This document shows positions 37,552-50,532 of a stretch of 64,000 bases of DNA, one piece after another. The stretch is from assembly GCA_973895155.1 (NCBI GenBank), contig OZ316898.1, positions 11,679,187 through 11,743,186 on the forward strand, given 5' to 3'. The notes beneath the pieces are model-generated. The model was not told the DNA's origin and made no database searches. It saw nothing but the letters and a program-made list of their open reading frames with translations. The translations under genes were made by a program, and so were the position numbers. The first letter of the stretch is position 1; every line of letters begins with the position of its first letter. The stretch comes from Marsupella aquatica. Its lineage: Eukaryota > Plantae > Marchantiophyta.

Positions 37552-40029
37552 TATTGTGGATGACTTCCTTTTGAATGCAAATCAACCAGGCCTGTGACCA
37601 AAAGAGGTTTGGTCACAAAAGCTGAAATGTTACAAATACCCTCTCTTTAATATTGTACACTGTATTTTCCCCAGTATTTTTCAGCATGGTATGGTATGAA
37701 CCGTATGCACATAATAGTATGTGCAGAAAATGATTTGGAGCATTTTCAGGCCCCCATCACAAAGTTCAGCCAATAATGAATGTAGAATAATTAGAAAGCT
37801 ATTTTCATTTAAAAATAATTCATGTAAAATTGTACCCTCACCTCCTTGCCCTCCACGCATGCCTGATTCCTCATGCATGACACTCACCTTGACATCTTTT
37901 TCACTTCAAGATCTTTGCTTCACCTTGACATCTTTTGTGCAACGCACAGGCATTGGACTAGTCATACATACTTAAAAGCCCCCTTCCTTGCCTTGCTGCT
38001 CATTTTTGTCTTGTGCTGAATAGCGTGCTCACAATAAAAGGTGGAGTAGTTAGCACAAAAGGTGGAGCCCAAACCCTTTCCTAGTGAGAACTGAACATAT
38101 CATGAGAGCTATGGTACCCCGTAGCTCTTATTAGGCAACTTGTGGTTAATTAAAATGAGAAACTCTCTTATGTGAATGGAAGGGGGCAACCCAGGTCACT
38201 CAGACAGTGTGTTTAAGAGCAGCTTGGATAATTGTAGTTGGTGGATAAGTGCAGGCCGGTTAGGTCATCCCCTAATATTAGAGTTTTCCTTTGAAAATGC
38301 ACCAAAAAAATCAATTGCCATAATTGCATCTTGACCCTCACTAATTGACACATATATAACTGTATTTCTGTCTATTAGTGTGGACATGCATTTATCAGTT
38401 ACTGGAGAGAGTTCACCATTTGCTCTTATATTGGTAAGCGTCAGATATTTTATAGATTGATATACTGACATTTATGTAGCCTCAAAATTTCCATTTGCAC
38501 AATGGATGCTGGTCCAGGTTCAATCAAGAATGAAGTGGATGGTCAGTCAGCAAAGCCCATAATTATATGAAAGCTATGGGAAAAGCTGAGAATAATGCTG
38601 CATACGAGAGATTGTCTAGATGTTCTAACTGACTTGAACTTGTTGAATGAGGGACTTGATCTAGAGAGGACTAGTGAGAAGACAGTTCAGCAAAGAGGTT
38701 TCTTAAATGAGGGTCGTGAGTTTTAATAGCTATTAGTCCAGGGGCAGCAGTGCAAGCATGCATGTGTACAAACGGGCCATCAATAGACTCGACAAGTTTC
38801 AACAATTCAAGGGTAGAATACAATTGTGGCAAACACAGAATTACTGCCAATCAATTGGGTGAACCTTCGAATAAATATATATATTTTAACAGATGTGTTA
38901 GGAGGATGGGAGTTTATACCCAAACTTGACACTGATTAGATTGTACACAGTCTTTCATTGAATCTTTTGAAAGAAGCTAGACACAGGTCTAGACGCCAAA
39001 GTGAGGGGGACTGGCCCCAAAAAGGAGGAGCATCCTTTCAACATGAAAATCTCACTCTTGTTCAAGTCAGCTGAAATTAATTGCTTGTGTTGTGGCCATG
39101 CAAAGGAGTAAGAAAGGAGGGGCATGCCATTCTGCCAAAAAAAGGTTCACTTGTTTCCAATTCAGGTGGGGACACTAGTGGTGGACCTTGCCACCCAGCA
39201 CCCTCACCAATCCCAGCACCCACACCTAAGTGCCCCTGGTGCCCGAACGCCTCCAAGAAATACCTTGAGCAAGCAACCTAGTGCTCCTTGCACCACCAGC
39301 GGCCCTTCCCATACGAAGCTGCACTTGCTCTCCAACACGACCGCTACTCAACGGTCCTCACAGTCTGCACAAGCAACCAAGTGTCTCGGTAAGTAACCCT
39401 TCAGGATTTAGATCTCCCTAAGTCTAGCATCTTAACTCAAGTTCAACAGACATTGGTAAGTAGGTTAGCGATAGGTCCTCCCGATGCCATAGACCGGAAC
39501 CAGAATCGACGCCCACTGTTCATCCAGAATAGCTCCTTCCTTGGCGCAGCCCGGGTTCCCCCTCGTACCTATCCATCACCAACTAACCGCCCTGCCCCCA
39601 GGACATGCTCATGGCCCAAGTAGCGTAGCTTGCCCTAAAGCTTGTCCCAACACGCCGGGACCAGAATGGCCCCGATTCTATCAACCAACTCCCGGTTCTC
39701 GCCCCACTGATGGTCTAGGGGCCAAGTGCCCTAACTTGGAGCTCAACCTCCACATTTACTTGGCCTCGCCTCCCTAACGCAAGCTCCCTTGGAAGATTGA
39801 ACGCGGCTTGGCTGCTGTTTCGACAGGATTTGGCAAGCGGGCGAGATAACACCAACAAACCTCGAGAACCCATGGCCCCCTTAGACCCATCTGAGCTCAG
39901 GAGGACATAGTCCTTCTTGAAAGATTTTGGAAGTTATTGCCATTTCCATTTGGCGTTTTCTCTTAGTGTCGCGACCGCCGCGGCTCACAACTTCAGCTCA
40001 CCCTTAGCCCCAAGGGAGACACCACTCCC

Positions 40030-40632
40030 CTCATATATGCTTCTCAAAACCTATCACCCCCGGATCAACTTTGGTCCTCAACTTTTTGGTCCTCAACCCG
40101 GATCATATCCTGCATGTTAGGGCGCGCCACCAATTGGCAACGCCCATAACTTCCTAGTTAGGCGTCCGCAAGCGGAGTGCCTTAGCCCGTTGTGATCAGG
40201 CCGACCGAGTGCTCATGCCTAGGCCCTCAGATCTCATCACCGCTCAAGGCCCCCGATCAGCCAAACCTGGATTGGGCCATAACTCATGCCCCAAGCGTCC
40301 ATTGCCCATGGTGTCAACTCCATTGGCCTTGGGCCCAAGAGGAGCTCTCACTCAAGCCCTCAGAACTCAAAGTCCGTCCGGGGGTTCGGACGGTCGACCT
40401 TGAGCCCGGCCCCTTTCCACTTGACCCGACCAACTCTCAGCTAGTCTAAGTCCTTGGTGTGTGTCACCAGCTTGGCGCCTTGCCTTTGTTAGTGCCACGT
40501 CTCATTGCCCACAAGTCTCCCCATGCTAGTCCTCCCCGGATGGCCTCTCCGGGCCTAAACCATAAGGGAGCTTGGCGTCGGAGTCAACGACGCTGGAGCT
40601 AAGTGTTAAGGTAGTCGAGTTCCGGGACTACA
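40030..40632. repeat. Dispersed repeat, copy A (homologous to 48325-48865)
   Basis: Shared blocks TCATATATG.TTCT, CAACTTTGGTCC, GGAGCTCTCACTCAAGC.CTCA.AACTCA.AGTC, CCTTGAGC, GGAGCTTG..GTCGG...CTGGAGCTAAGTG. Confidence 0.7.
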
Positions 40633-41038
40633 CTGTTTTACCTCACAATTGCACTAACATTATTAGAGATATTTGTAAAGTTGAGACAAAGTTTGACAGA
40701 CAGATTCAGCTAACCACGGATGATTAGTCAAAAGGTGTCGATAATTGGAAAGTAAACTACATTGATGGAAGAAGGTTGAGTTAACACTAAACTGAGATGA
40801 GTTAGGGGTAAAATGTAACAAGTGTCATGTTCACAATGAAAGTTGCAAGATTGGGTGTCTTTTGGAAAGAACCGACATCATGCTACGTACTATTTGCAGT
40901 TCTTGAGCTATGAGTTCTTGAGCTATGCACTTTGAGACATCATAGATATGTTTCCTTGCTCGCGCACGCGCCCGCTCGCTCTTAGCACACCTTTCAGTTT
41001 CACTGAACTTCTAAATCATTGAGGAACAGTGAAGGACC

Positions 41039-42228
41039 ATGGATTTGCAACTGTTCCCTGCGCTCAAAATGGATATGGATGGTCTCCCAGCTTTAGTCGA
41101 GGAAACTGATGACAAGCTTGAAGAATTCGATCTGCAGTTGTTCATGTTGATGACGATGGCAATGCAGGCATACGTGATGCTCCTTGACTACTTTCAATCT
41201 ATTGAGCTTTCCATTGAAAGTCAGGTAACAATGAATCCTACAAGACCAATTGACGATCTTCTGTCAAAGTATGCAGCAACGCCTCAATTATTCAAGGATT
41301 TAACCAATTTCACTCTTGAGGAGTTCCACGAGCTATGTGCTTTGGTTTGTCCAACAATTGAAATGAACGCACGATCTACAGGCCAAGGCCATAAGCTCAA
41401 GGATCGCCCTTGCAAAGCTTCACCGGAGCAGAGATTGTTCAGCTTCATTTTATACATGAAACACGATAATACAATCTACTTTGATGTTGCACACTGGAAC
41501 TGGGCTAAGTATTTTGTTTGTGATGATGCAATTTATGTTGCATCTTGTGTCAATGAAGCCATAGCGGATGAGATCCGGTGGCCTACTATTGAGGAGAGAA
41601 TTGAACTAGGCCAGGTAATAACAAATTTACCGGGATTTATTGGATTTGTAGATGGAACTCTTTGTAAGATTCGCAGACCTTTTGAGAATGAGAACCATAG
41701 CAAATGGTTCCAAGGTCGGAAAAAAATGTACTGCTTGAACTCTACTATCCTGGTCGATCATAATGGCTTGTTCATTTACGTAGACCCGGGATATCCTGGG
41801 AGTTTTCATGATGTTACAATTTTGAAGGACTCTTGGGTGGAGCGTAATTGGCTACATCTGTTTGCGAACCAAACAGGGTACTCAGAATTTGTTTTAGGTG
41901 ACCAGGGGTACACATCATGGAGAAGGTTATAATGAGAAGCTTTAGCAAGGTCAAAATCAGGGCTATGGGTTTAGATCAAAGTCTGGTGAAAGTCTTCAAC
42001 AAGATGCACGCCGGATACAGGGTACAGGTGGAATGGGGTATTGGTGGGATGAATCAGAAGTGGCGAAGGCTGATGAAGAGATTCGACCTTGTTAAGCCAA
42101 AGTTCAGCATCACTTTCAATGCTGCTGCCCTGCTGACCAATTTTCTGCATAGACGAAGAAGGGACATGCGTGTGGAGATTGCAGGGCCATGAGAAAGGGG
42201 AGATTGGGGATGGGCAGGAGACTATTGA
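41039..42228 (+). mobile_element. PIF/Harbinger DDE transposase (HTH + DDE_Tnp_4), decayed
   Basis: FKDLTNFTLEEFHEL, EIRWPT, GFIGFVDGT, GRKKMYCLN, GYPGSFHDVTIL, VLGDQGY; frameshift at ~41920; FNKMHAGYRVQVEWGIGG, LTNFLHRRR; in-frame TGA at 42190 before the natural end GWAGDY* at 42228. Confidence 0.88.
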
Positions 42229-42427
42229 CAGATGTAGTATTGATTTGAGCACATCACACTTTAAAAGTGATAGTGGATCCATGTAAAAGTGAAAGTATCC
42301 TGACAAACATCAATTTAAAGTGTTTTTTCTTCACTGTAGTAAATATACATAGACTTTTTACAGAAAAAGGCCAAATAGAGTACAAAAGAATAAACAAGAG
42401 AGGTCCCAAGTGGACAAAACCAAATGC

Positions 42428-42527
42428 AAAAGAAGTGAGCAAAAGGAAACCCTAAAAACCAAGAAAGAAGAACTAAAAGAAGTGAGCAAAAGGAAACCCC
42501 TAAAAACCAAGAAAGAGAAACTAAAAC
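42428..42527. repeat. ~47-bp tandem duplication
   Basis: AAAAGAAGTGAGCAAAAGGAAACCCTAAAAACCAAGAAAG occurs twice. Confidence 0.8.
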
Positions 42528-43895
42528 TACCGCAAATGGACCGAGGTCCTCATCATACCTAGCAAATGTGGCAACAAGCTAGTGGTCTACATCAAGTGTC
42601 AAAACTAGATCGGCAAGTGGGACAGGAATGTCCTCTAGGGGGGCTAGCCGCTGCGGAGTCACACTAGCACCCACTCTCAGAGATCGACGATAGACGGCCC
42701 GAGCTTGAGCACGCTGTAAGGTGACTATAGTGCATTGGGTTCTGTGAGCTCTTTTTTTTATGCAATGCAATTGTTTTTTAGAATTTTTGTTCTTAGCTTG
42801 AATTAGGTCTACTTGGAATGTGCGAGAACCAAGAAGGCTATGTAGATTTTTTTCTATTTCTTGAAACTACAGTCACAACCTCAAAGCTAGCAATCATGTC
42901 GTTTATCAACCTGCACACGGATGACATTTGCTAGGTTCTGAACCCGAGGTTTACTAAAGTGTCAGTTCTTGAGCTAGACAAAAGCAAGCCATGGGCCCAA
43001 GCTTTAGTATCTCAGATTAAGATTTTAGCCTTTGTGGTGTCAATACAATCGCAAATGTAAGTCGTCAGCTGACAATCTTGTTTGGATGCATGCGCTGGAC
43101 CCACACCCCTATAGATAAGACACATTAGCCTTTTTGGTGTGAATTGAATAGAATCTCTCTGCAAAAACAGCCTTTTTTGGATGCCCTAAATCTATATCCT
43201 TTTTTGTGAGACAGGAATAAGAAGCCAGCCTTTTTTTGGTTTCAAAACAATAGAATGTCTTGTCTGGATGCCCTAGATCTACACCCGGTTTGATAACACT
43301 TTCCCCTATATAAAAGGAATGAATTCAGTATTCAATTAGGGCAGTGCAGAAAGGAACTAGTGCAATTTTTGAGAGGGAATCGAAGGAGTTAGTAGTAAAA
43401 GTGACAGAAAGAAAACTTGACTAAGTCCTTCATTAAATTTAGAATACTCCACGGCCGACTCCACGGTGCTGTCATGCACACTACCGTGGAGTGACAAGCA
43501 ACAAAATGGTACTAAAACACACGATTGTTCATATCAAAAACTCACAAAAGGTGACAGAATCTATCAGCAGCATGTGGTCGAAATGTTACATGTTCTTTTC
43601 TTGTTAATTGAAAAGCAATTAAAACAACTATTACAAAGCTTGTTCTCATCCATTCAAACCAAAATGCGCTGCCCACAAATGGTGACTTAATTGAAGTAGT
43701 CTGTATTTATATCTTTATGACTACATGTGCTACAACCCAAGGGTCGAAAACATCCACAGTTTTTGAAACCAACAGAAATAGGTGACTGCTACTTCAATTC
43801 TAAAGTTCTTCATTGAAACCACTGCCTAAAATTCCAAACTTTGCAACTAAAACAAAATGTTACGTAATACTATGATGTCTCAAAGTGCATGCAAT

Positions 43896-45328
43896 CTATA
43901 TAATTCCAAAAGCTTCCTTGTGCTTGTATTTGAACTCCTCCTCTGTGATCAGATCAAGTGTCCGTTGCTTCTCCAAGAGAGAAACCTTAGCCATCGTGCT
44001 CTTGGCCTGGGACTCAACTGATCTAGAATCAACTATCTGCTGTCTATCAGATTTCAAGCTCTTGAATTCAGTTAAGATATCAACCATGCTTTTGCCAACA
44101 TGTTTGAGACTCTCTTTCTTAGTGAAGGGGTTGGGCAGAATTGGATCAATGCGAGTTGTTGCTGCAGGGGGTCAAGGTGGAGCAACAGATCTTGATGCCT
44201 CTGTATTGGAAACCTGACTAGAATTACTACCATGCATGGCATCCTCCCTGATTTTCAAAACGCTCCTAGCCTTCCATGATGGCGTTTCCATCAGCTTCTT
44301 CATGAGTGTTGGGTCTTGCAATGTAGCTCCTGCATCTCCCTCAGGGTTATTCACCCCTGACTTCATGTCCTTCACACTATCTCTCAAGTGCTCTTTGAGT
44401 GTCTCCTCTTTGAATGGTGAATTTGGGAACTCCTTCTTGTAATCCACGTAAACATGACCCCAGACTTTCTTTGGAACAAGCTGCTTCGTTTTTCGCTTTC
44501 TCCCCTGGCTGAATTTTTGGAAATGATCCCAATACGCCTGCACAAGAGTTCCTATATGATTGTTGTCAACAACTCGTCTTCCCTTCACCGTCTTCTTTCC
44601 CTTTCGTTTCCCGTCATCATGACGCTTATGTTGACGCTGCTTGTCTCTGTGCTGCACATCCTCAATGTTTGCAGCACTGCTAGAGCTATCTGAATCAGAA
44701 CCAGAATCCATTGACATTTGTTTCATTTTGGACCCGCTATTGCTGCTACTGTCAGAGCTCAGCTCGACCTGCTCAGGGCTGTCGAAAATCACAGGCCCAA
44801 CTTTTGCTCTCACCGATTCTAGTAAGAAAATTGCTCCATGATCTCCCGCACAATAATCTGTATCTTTAATTGCTTGCCTCTTAAGATCCTTCAGTTTGTC
44901 ATTCCAATAATCCACTGAACATGTGCACCAGCGAAGCAATTAACAATCACATGTACGCATGATAGATGCACACTCGATCAAAAATTGCAATGCATGAAAG
45001 AAATGTACAGAACAAACCGTGTCTCCATAGACAATCAAATAGTTGAAGCAGAGCTGTACCGTTTGGGTTTCTTCAGTAGCTCAGACCTCTTGGCTATTGC
45101 TCGCTCTTTTCCCAATGTCTGTCCGCCATGAATCTCATCAAGATCTATTACAAAGGGGTTTGCCTCTCTTTCTGGAGGTCGAGGACAGTGGGCTCGAGCT
45201 TTCTTGCATGAGAGAGTACACTCTAGAGTCATCTTCCCTGTCGCGCCCCTTCTCTCCTTTTCTGCGCCTTCCATGGTTGTTGTATCAAGTTGAATCAATC
45301 GCGATCGGAGTTGCTTCTCAGCTGCCAT
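43896..45328 (-). pseudogene. Harbinger partner ORF: Myb/SANT-trihelix-like DNA-binding protein with C-terminal SHOCT-like motif, decayed, 2 exons
   Basis: Exon 1 ~45328-45018 (1-bp frameshift near 45065), GT-AG intron 45017-44915, exon 2 44914-43896 with one in-frame TGA at 44172-44174. Trihelix-like segment VDNNHIGTLVQAYWDHF...KKVWGHVYVDYKKEFP...EETLKEHLRD. Ends LLEKQRTLDLITEEEFKYKHKEAFGII*. Convergent with the transposase. Confidence 0.65.
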
Positions 45329-46544
45329 GGTTGCCAGTGAGTGTGTGTCTCCCCACGTTTGTGTCCAACGACTGCTCAACTTCTCAAAAATGAAATCGGG
45401 ATGGGAAAGTTTTTCCCAATGTTTTCTTCAAAAAAAACATACCGTCCTGTTTTCATTCCCTTTGTACCGGAAATGCGTAACTGGAGTTAGGGCTCGACCT
45501 GGCTCATCCTTAGTTAAGTCCAACCGTGGGCGACTAGCCCAGATATATTCAACTTTACAAATATCTCTATTCACCTGAGAAGATTGCAGCTTTGTGTGGT
45601 CTTCATCCAAACTAATTTCTAGAATTAGAGGTGGGTATGAACTAGCTCCTTGATCTAGAGAATAAAATAATTGTTGTTGGGAGTGATGAGGAGGTGAGTT
45701 GGTACATGCTGAGTGATGAAAGACTGCCCAAGAATTACAAGGTAGCTATATTAGAATGGATTGAGCATTTTTGGCCATATGTGTTTGTTTATGAATTTTT
45801 TTTAATCCTGAGTACCTTTAAGGTGCTTCTGAAACACCTCCTACATATATACCAACCCCTTCATATTTGTTCATCCCATTGATAGTCATGGGACTACAGG
45901 GTGGTTTTCTAGTTTACAAGCTTCACAGAAGAAGCTTAATGGGATCCTGAAGCAAATATATCAATATTGAATCTTGTATTGAATGTGGTTACCTGTTGAT
46001 TTTGTGAGCAACAGATCAAGTAGCTTGGTCACCAAGATGGCTGCATAGGGCATACTGGTCAAAGTCGGTAAGTTACATTGCATAAGCATGATTAAGGGGC
46101 CTATCAACCCTGTGATAGATCCAAAGAAGCCTAGGTCATAGATGAAATTGACTTTTGCAAAACCTTGCAAATGAGAAAGCAAAGCAAAAAGGAAAAAGGG
46201 AAAAAAATCTTACTTAATAACAAAAAGGAACAAACAAAATACAATGAAATGAAAGCAAAAGGTTGAAGTAATTTGTGGGAAAAGGAAAGAAAAACCACAA
46301 TTTATTAAAAAAAGTTAAGCAAAAGGAAGAAGTAAATTGTGGGAATGCCCACAAAGAGAAAGGGAAGGAGAATGTGAGGCCACTATTCTTAGAGCCTACA
46401 ATGGAAAGCAAAAGGTTGACAACCCATAAGAGTGATGGTGATGATCAGAGCCAAGAAAGGCGTTTTACATTATTTACTCTTATTTCTCAATCCACTATTC
46501 ACTATTTATAGACCCCACTAGCCCAATGCCCGTGAGTTGCACAA

Positions 46545-46890
46545 AAGATGTCAAGGTCATAAAAAGATGTCGAGGTGATAAAAGATGTCGAGGAGAGAAA
46601 AGATATTGAAAAGAAAAAAGATGTTAAGGAGAGAAAAAAAATCTGAGGTGAAAGAAAATGTTGAGGTGATACAAGATATGAAGATGAGAAAAAGATGTTG
46701 AGGTGAGAAAAAGATATCAAAGTGATCAGAAGATGTAGAGGTGATAAAAATGCCAGGTGATAAAAGATGTTGAGTTGATAAAAAGATGCCAAGGTGATAA
46801 AAAGATGTTGAGGTGATAAAAGATGTCGAGGGGAGAAAATATGTCAAAGAGATAAACTTAAAGATATTGAAGCGATAAAAGATGTTGAGT
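46545..46890. repeat. Degenerate ~18-19-bp purine-rich minisatellite
   Basis: Many copies of (G)AGGTGATAAAA(A)GATGT(C/T)G. Confidence 0.85.
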
Positions 46891-48324
46891 CAATAACATT
46901 GCCCATTCACTCCACAATTGTAATTACAGCCATTTTATTATTGCAATTGTTGCAATCAATTATCATTGTGACCATTTCATTGTTGTGACCATTTTATATG
47001 TTGGGCCATTCATGTTGTGTCCTTGGTCAATATGCTTATCCCAGAAAAGAATTTAGGGTTTAGTGTTAATGTAAGTTGAAAGAAATACTTCATAGAGAGA
47101 ATAGAAAAAATAAGATATTCTCCCCTAAATAGCCTGTTCTCCACTTTGCTATAAATAATGTATTTTCAACTTAAAACTCTAATTAATATTGTTCTTTTTT
47201 AATAAGTTTACTTTACGTGAATGGGGCAAACATGTGTCCAAAAGTGATCCGCATGATTTGTCACAAAGAACTGTTAGTTATGCAAGAAGAACCAAAATTG
47301 AGTATTTGTGTTTGAGGCAAGGCAAAGAAACTAGTTAGACCCTCTAAGTGTAAAAACAATGGAAAACTCAAAAGTTACATTTCAAGTAAACAAACAAAAG
47401 AGTAAAATAGGGGTGAAAGAAAATCATCTTTAGATGAGTCATTTTTGATATATCAGTGTTTCTGGCAATCTATTTCAATTTAATTTGCATGTTTTTTAAA
47501 TGATGACAAGTACAAAGAAACTCTTCAACTACTCTAACATTTACCAAGGTAATTTAAGAAACCCTTTGGCTACTATGGATAGAGGAGTAACAAACAAAGG
47601 TGAAAAATGCCATTAATAACTAGTATGGGTAGAGGAATACCAAGGGACTCTAAGACCTTTCAACTGGTATGGACAAAGTAATCTTTTGCATTGCATGAAC
47701 TATGAATGTTACATGTATTGTATAGACATAGAGGTACTAAGGGAAACGTTTTCCATGGAGAATTACCCTCACTATTACCATAAATATATGTAATACTATA
47801 TGTCTTCAATAAAATTATCCTAACTACATTTAAAATTCAGTTCATTTAGGATCCTCGATTTAATATTTGTCCTCTCATCTATCTATTCCAATTGGCAACT
47901 CTTCATGGCTCCAAATAATTCTAATAAAACAAGCTTACATAACCAATTACTAGGCATACTTGAACTAATTATGTTTTAATAATTATTGTTTTGTACGTAC
48001 ACTCTTCATTTTTTCTCATTATTTGTTCATCCAATGCCTTGCCCTTGGCCAAGAAAGTATTATATAATTTAAATTTAATGTTATTTATCACTTCTTCATT
48101 CACTATATTTCTGTTTATTGTTGAGAAAAAGACATGATGGCCGTCTAGAAAATAAACCCTAGACAAGGCCACTTGGTTGAAAGGGACTCCCTGGCCCCGA
48201 GTCCCCATAGCCCATGCACATTTTCAGCAACCCAGCCCCTTTAATCCATGCACTGTCCACGGCCAACCAGTACCCTACAACCATGTTGCCTATGCAAGCC
48301 TATTTTAAAGGGTTTTTTTTCTTC

Positions 48325-48865
48325 TCATATATGTTTCTAGAGACCTGTCCACCCTACACCAACTTTGGTCCCTTATTTTTGGCCTCTCACTAAGACTCCA
48401 ACCAAGTCAATTGGGCACGGAGCTAACTTGTCTGGTCGATAACTTTCTAGTTAGGTGTCCGTAGAAATGGGCCGACACAGTGCTCATGCTTGGTCCAAGG
48501 CAGCTCATCCGAGCCGTGTCAATTCTCATGCGTTAAGCGACTGTCCCGCACAAACTAAAAATTGTTGCACTTGGGTCCAAGTGGAGCTCTCACTCAAGCT
48601 CTCAAAACTCAGAGTCTGTTCGGGGTCCGGGCGATCCACCTTGAGCTCTGGATGGCCCAGTCAGCTCCTAACACCACTCCAGGTCCATTGTGGGCAACTC
48701 CAGCTCCATGCATCACCTTTGCTAGAGTAAGGATTCCTTGCTCACAAGGCCTCTCACACTTAGTCCCTTCAAGATGAACATCTTGGCGCATGGACCCTAT
48801 AGGAGCTTGTTGTCGGCATTAGCAACACTGGAGCTAAGTGGTAGAGTAATCTAGTTCTGTTACTA
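48325..48865. repeat. Dispersed repeat, copy B (homologous to 40030-40632, same orientation)
   Basis: Same conserved blocks as copy A, in the same order. Confidence 0.7.
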
Positions 48866-49859
48866 TGTGAATATCTTGAGTAGCTATGGGAACTTCATGA
48901 GAGTGCATTTGTCAGAGTTCTGTTACCCTGGGGTTGTTATGATTCCTACAATTGACAACGTACATTGTAAAGACTGGAACACTCAATGTCCACACTGCTA
49001 ACATCCAAAGTTTTTGAATAGCTAACTTTGGCATTCAATATCTCATTAGATACCCAATCCAATCGGCTATTCTAATCTTGCTAGCAGCAGTTTGGAAATA
49101 TCTTTACAATGAGCCTAATATGGTCAATATGCACTAAAAATTGAGATATCTACTCATTTCCAAAAATTAGTCTGGCTTGTCACATTCAATTCACTTGTCT
49201 ATCTAATATATATCATATGAGAGCATATGAGAGTTTTGATGTGGTCAATCCAGTTATGAAAATGTATCCCACTGTTTTGGCAAACATGGAGATCCATGTG
49301 GGCTTGCATTTTCTTAACTAAGTCTAATAAGTCCCAATTCAGCCATTTTCTTAGTGGCAAAATTTTGCCAGATATATTGCACCTCTCAAAAAAGTATTTG
49401 TTCACTTTTGGCAAAGGGTTTGCTAAATAATCTGTTTGTCCTCCATTAGCCAGTTCCTTACCTAGCCACAGACTTTATTAGCTAGAATCTACCTAGCCAC
49501 ACACTCCACTAAACCAATATATAGCAGTCATCTTTAAATCTAGGGAGATGTGGTCGTAAAAAATTAATCTAGAAATAAATAGATAAGTAGAATTACTACA
49601 CTAGCATCTTCTCATTCGCACAAGTTGGCATTTGCTATAGTGGCGAAAAAGAAAAAACCCTTAAAACTTAAAACTTAAAACATCCCGATTACTTTTGTTA
49701 TTATTTCCCCGACTTCCTTCAATTCCCGGGAAATGCCCTCCCGGGAAATGCCCCCCGCGCAACTTCTCCTTTGGGCGGGGCCGGGTAGGATTTCAAATTT
49801 CTCTGGTGGCCTTCTATATGACGAGCACGAACTCTTCCCGCGTAGGCCGAGGATGGGAA

Positions 49860-50220
49860 AACCCTCCATGATCGTCGCTGCAATTCTCGTGCGCGAGCTT
49901 GGAATCAAGCTGGGAAGCTCCATGATCTTTGCTGCAATTCCTGTTGCGTGCTTGTAATGAAGCTGGGAAGCTCCATGGTCTTTGCTGCTATTCTTGTCGC
50001 AAGCTTGCAATGAAGCTGGGAGCACCATGATCTTTGCTGCAATTCTTGTCGCGAGCTTGTAATCAAGCTGGGAAGCTCCATGATCTTTGCTGCAGTTCTA
50101 GGTGCGAGCTCGTCATCAAGCGGGGAAGTTCCATGATCTTTGCTCCATTCTTGTTGCGAGCTTGTAATCAAGCTGGGAAGGTCCATGATCTTTGCTGCAA
50201 TTCTTATTGTGAGCTTGTAA
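49860..50220. repeat. ~52-bp tandem repeat, ~7 copies, upstream of the RecQ gene
   Basis: AAGCTGGGAAGCTCCATGATCTTTGCTGCAATTCTTGTCGCGAGCTTGTAATC-like units at 49907, 49960, 50013, 50064, 50117 and 50170. Confidence 0.9.
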
Positions 50221-50532
50221 GCGGAGAAGCAAGCTTGACAGGTTTCTCGCGGGACGGCAGTGCTCACTTGATGTCTACCCACAGGGTGAGAAGCTCAGGC
50301 TAAAACGATGAACTGGCAATGAACGATCTTATGGAAGATGACGAACAAGGAGGTTCTCGTCGATAACGAAGGATATCGGCAACTCTTCCGTAGGTCCGCT
50401 GTTCGTTTCGCTGACCTCGGCAAGTGGTGGCAATTGGATTTGTCATGTGCAGTGCAGTGGCATTCTACTGTGTCGCAGAGATCCAATGCCTGTTTTACAG
50501 ATACCTAGGTCTTCTCAACGGTACGGCTGTTC

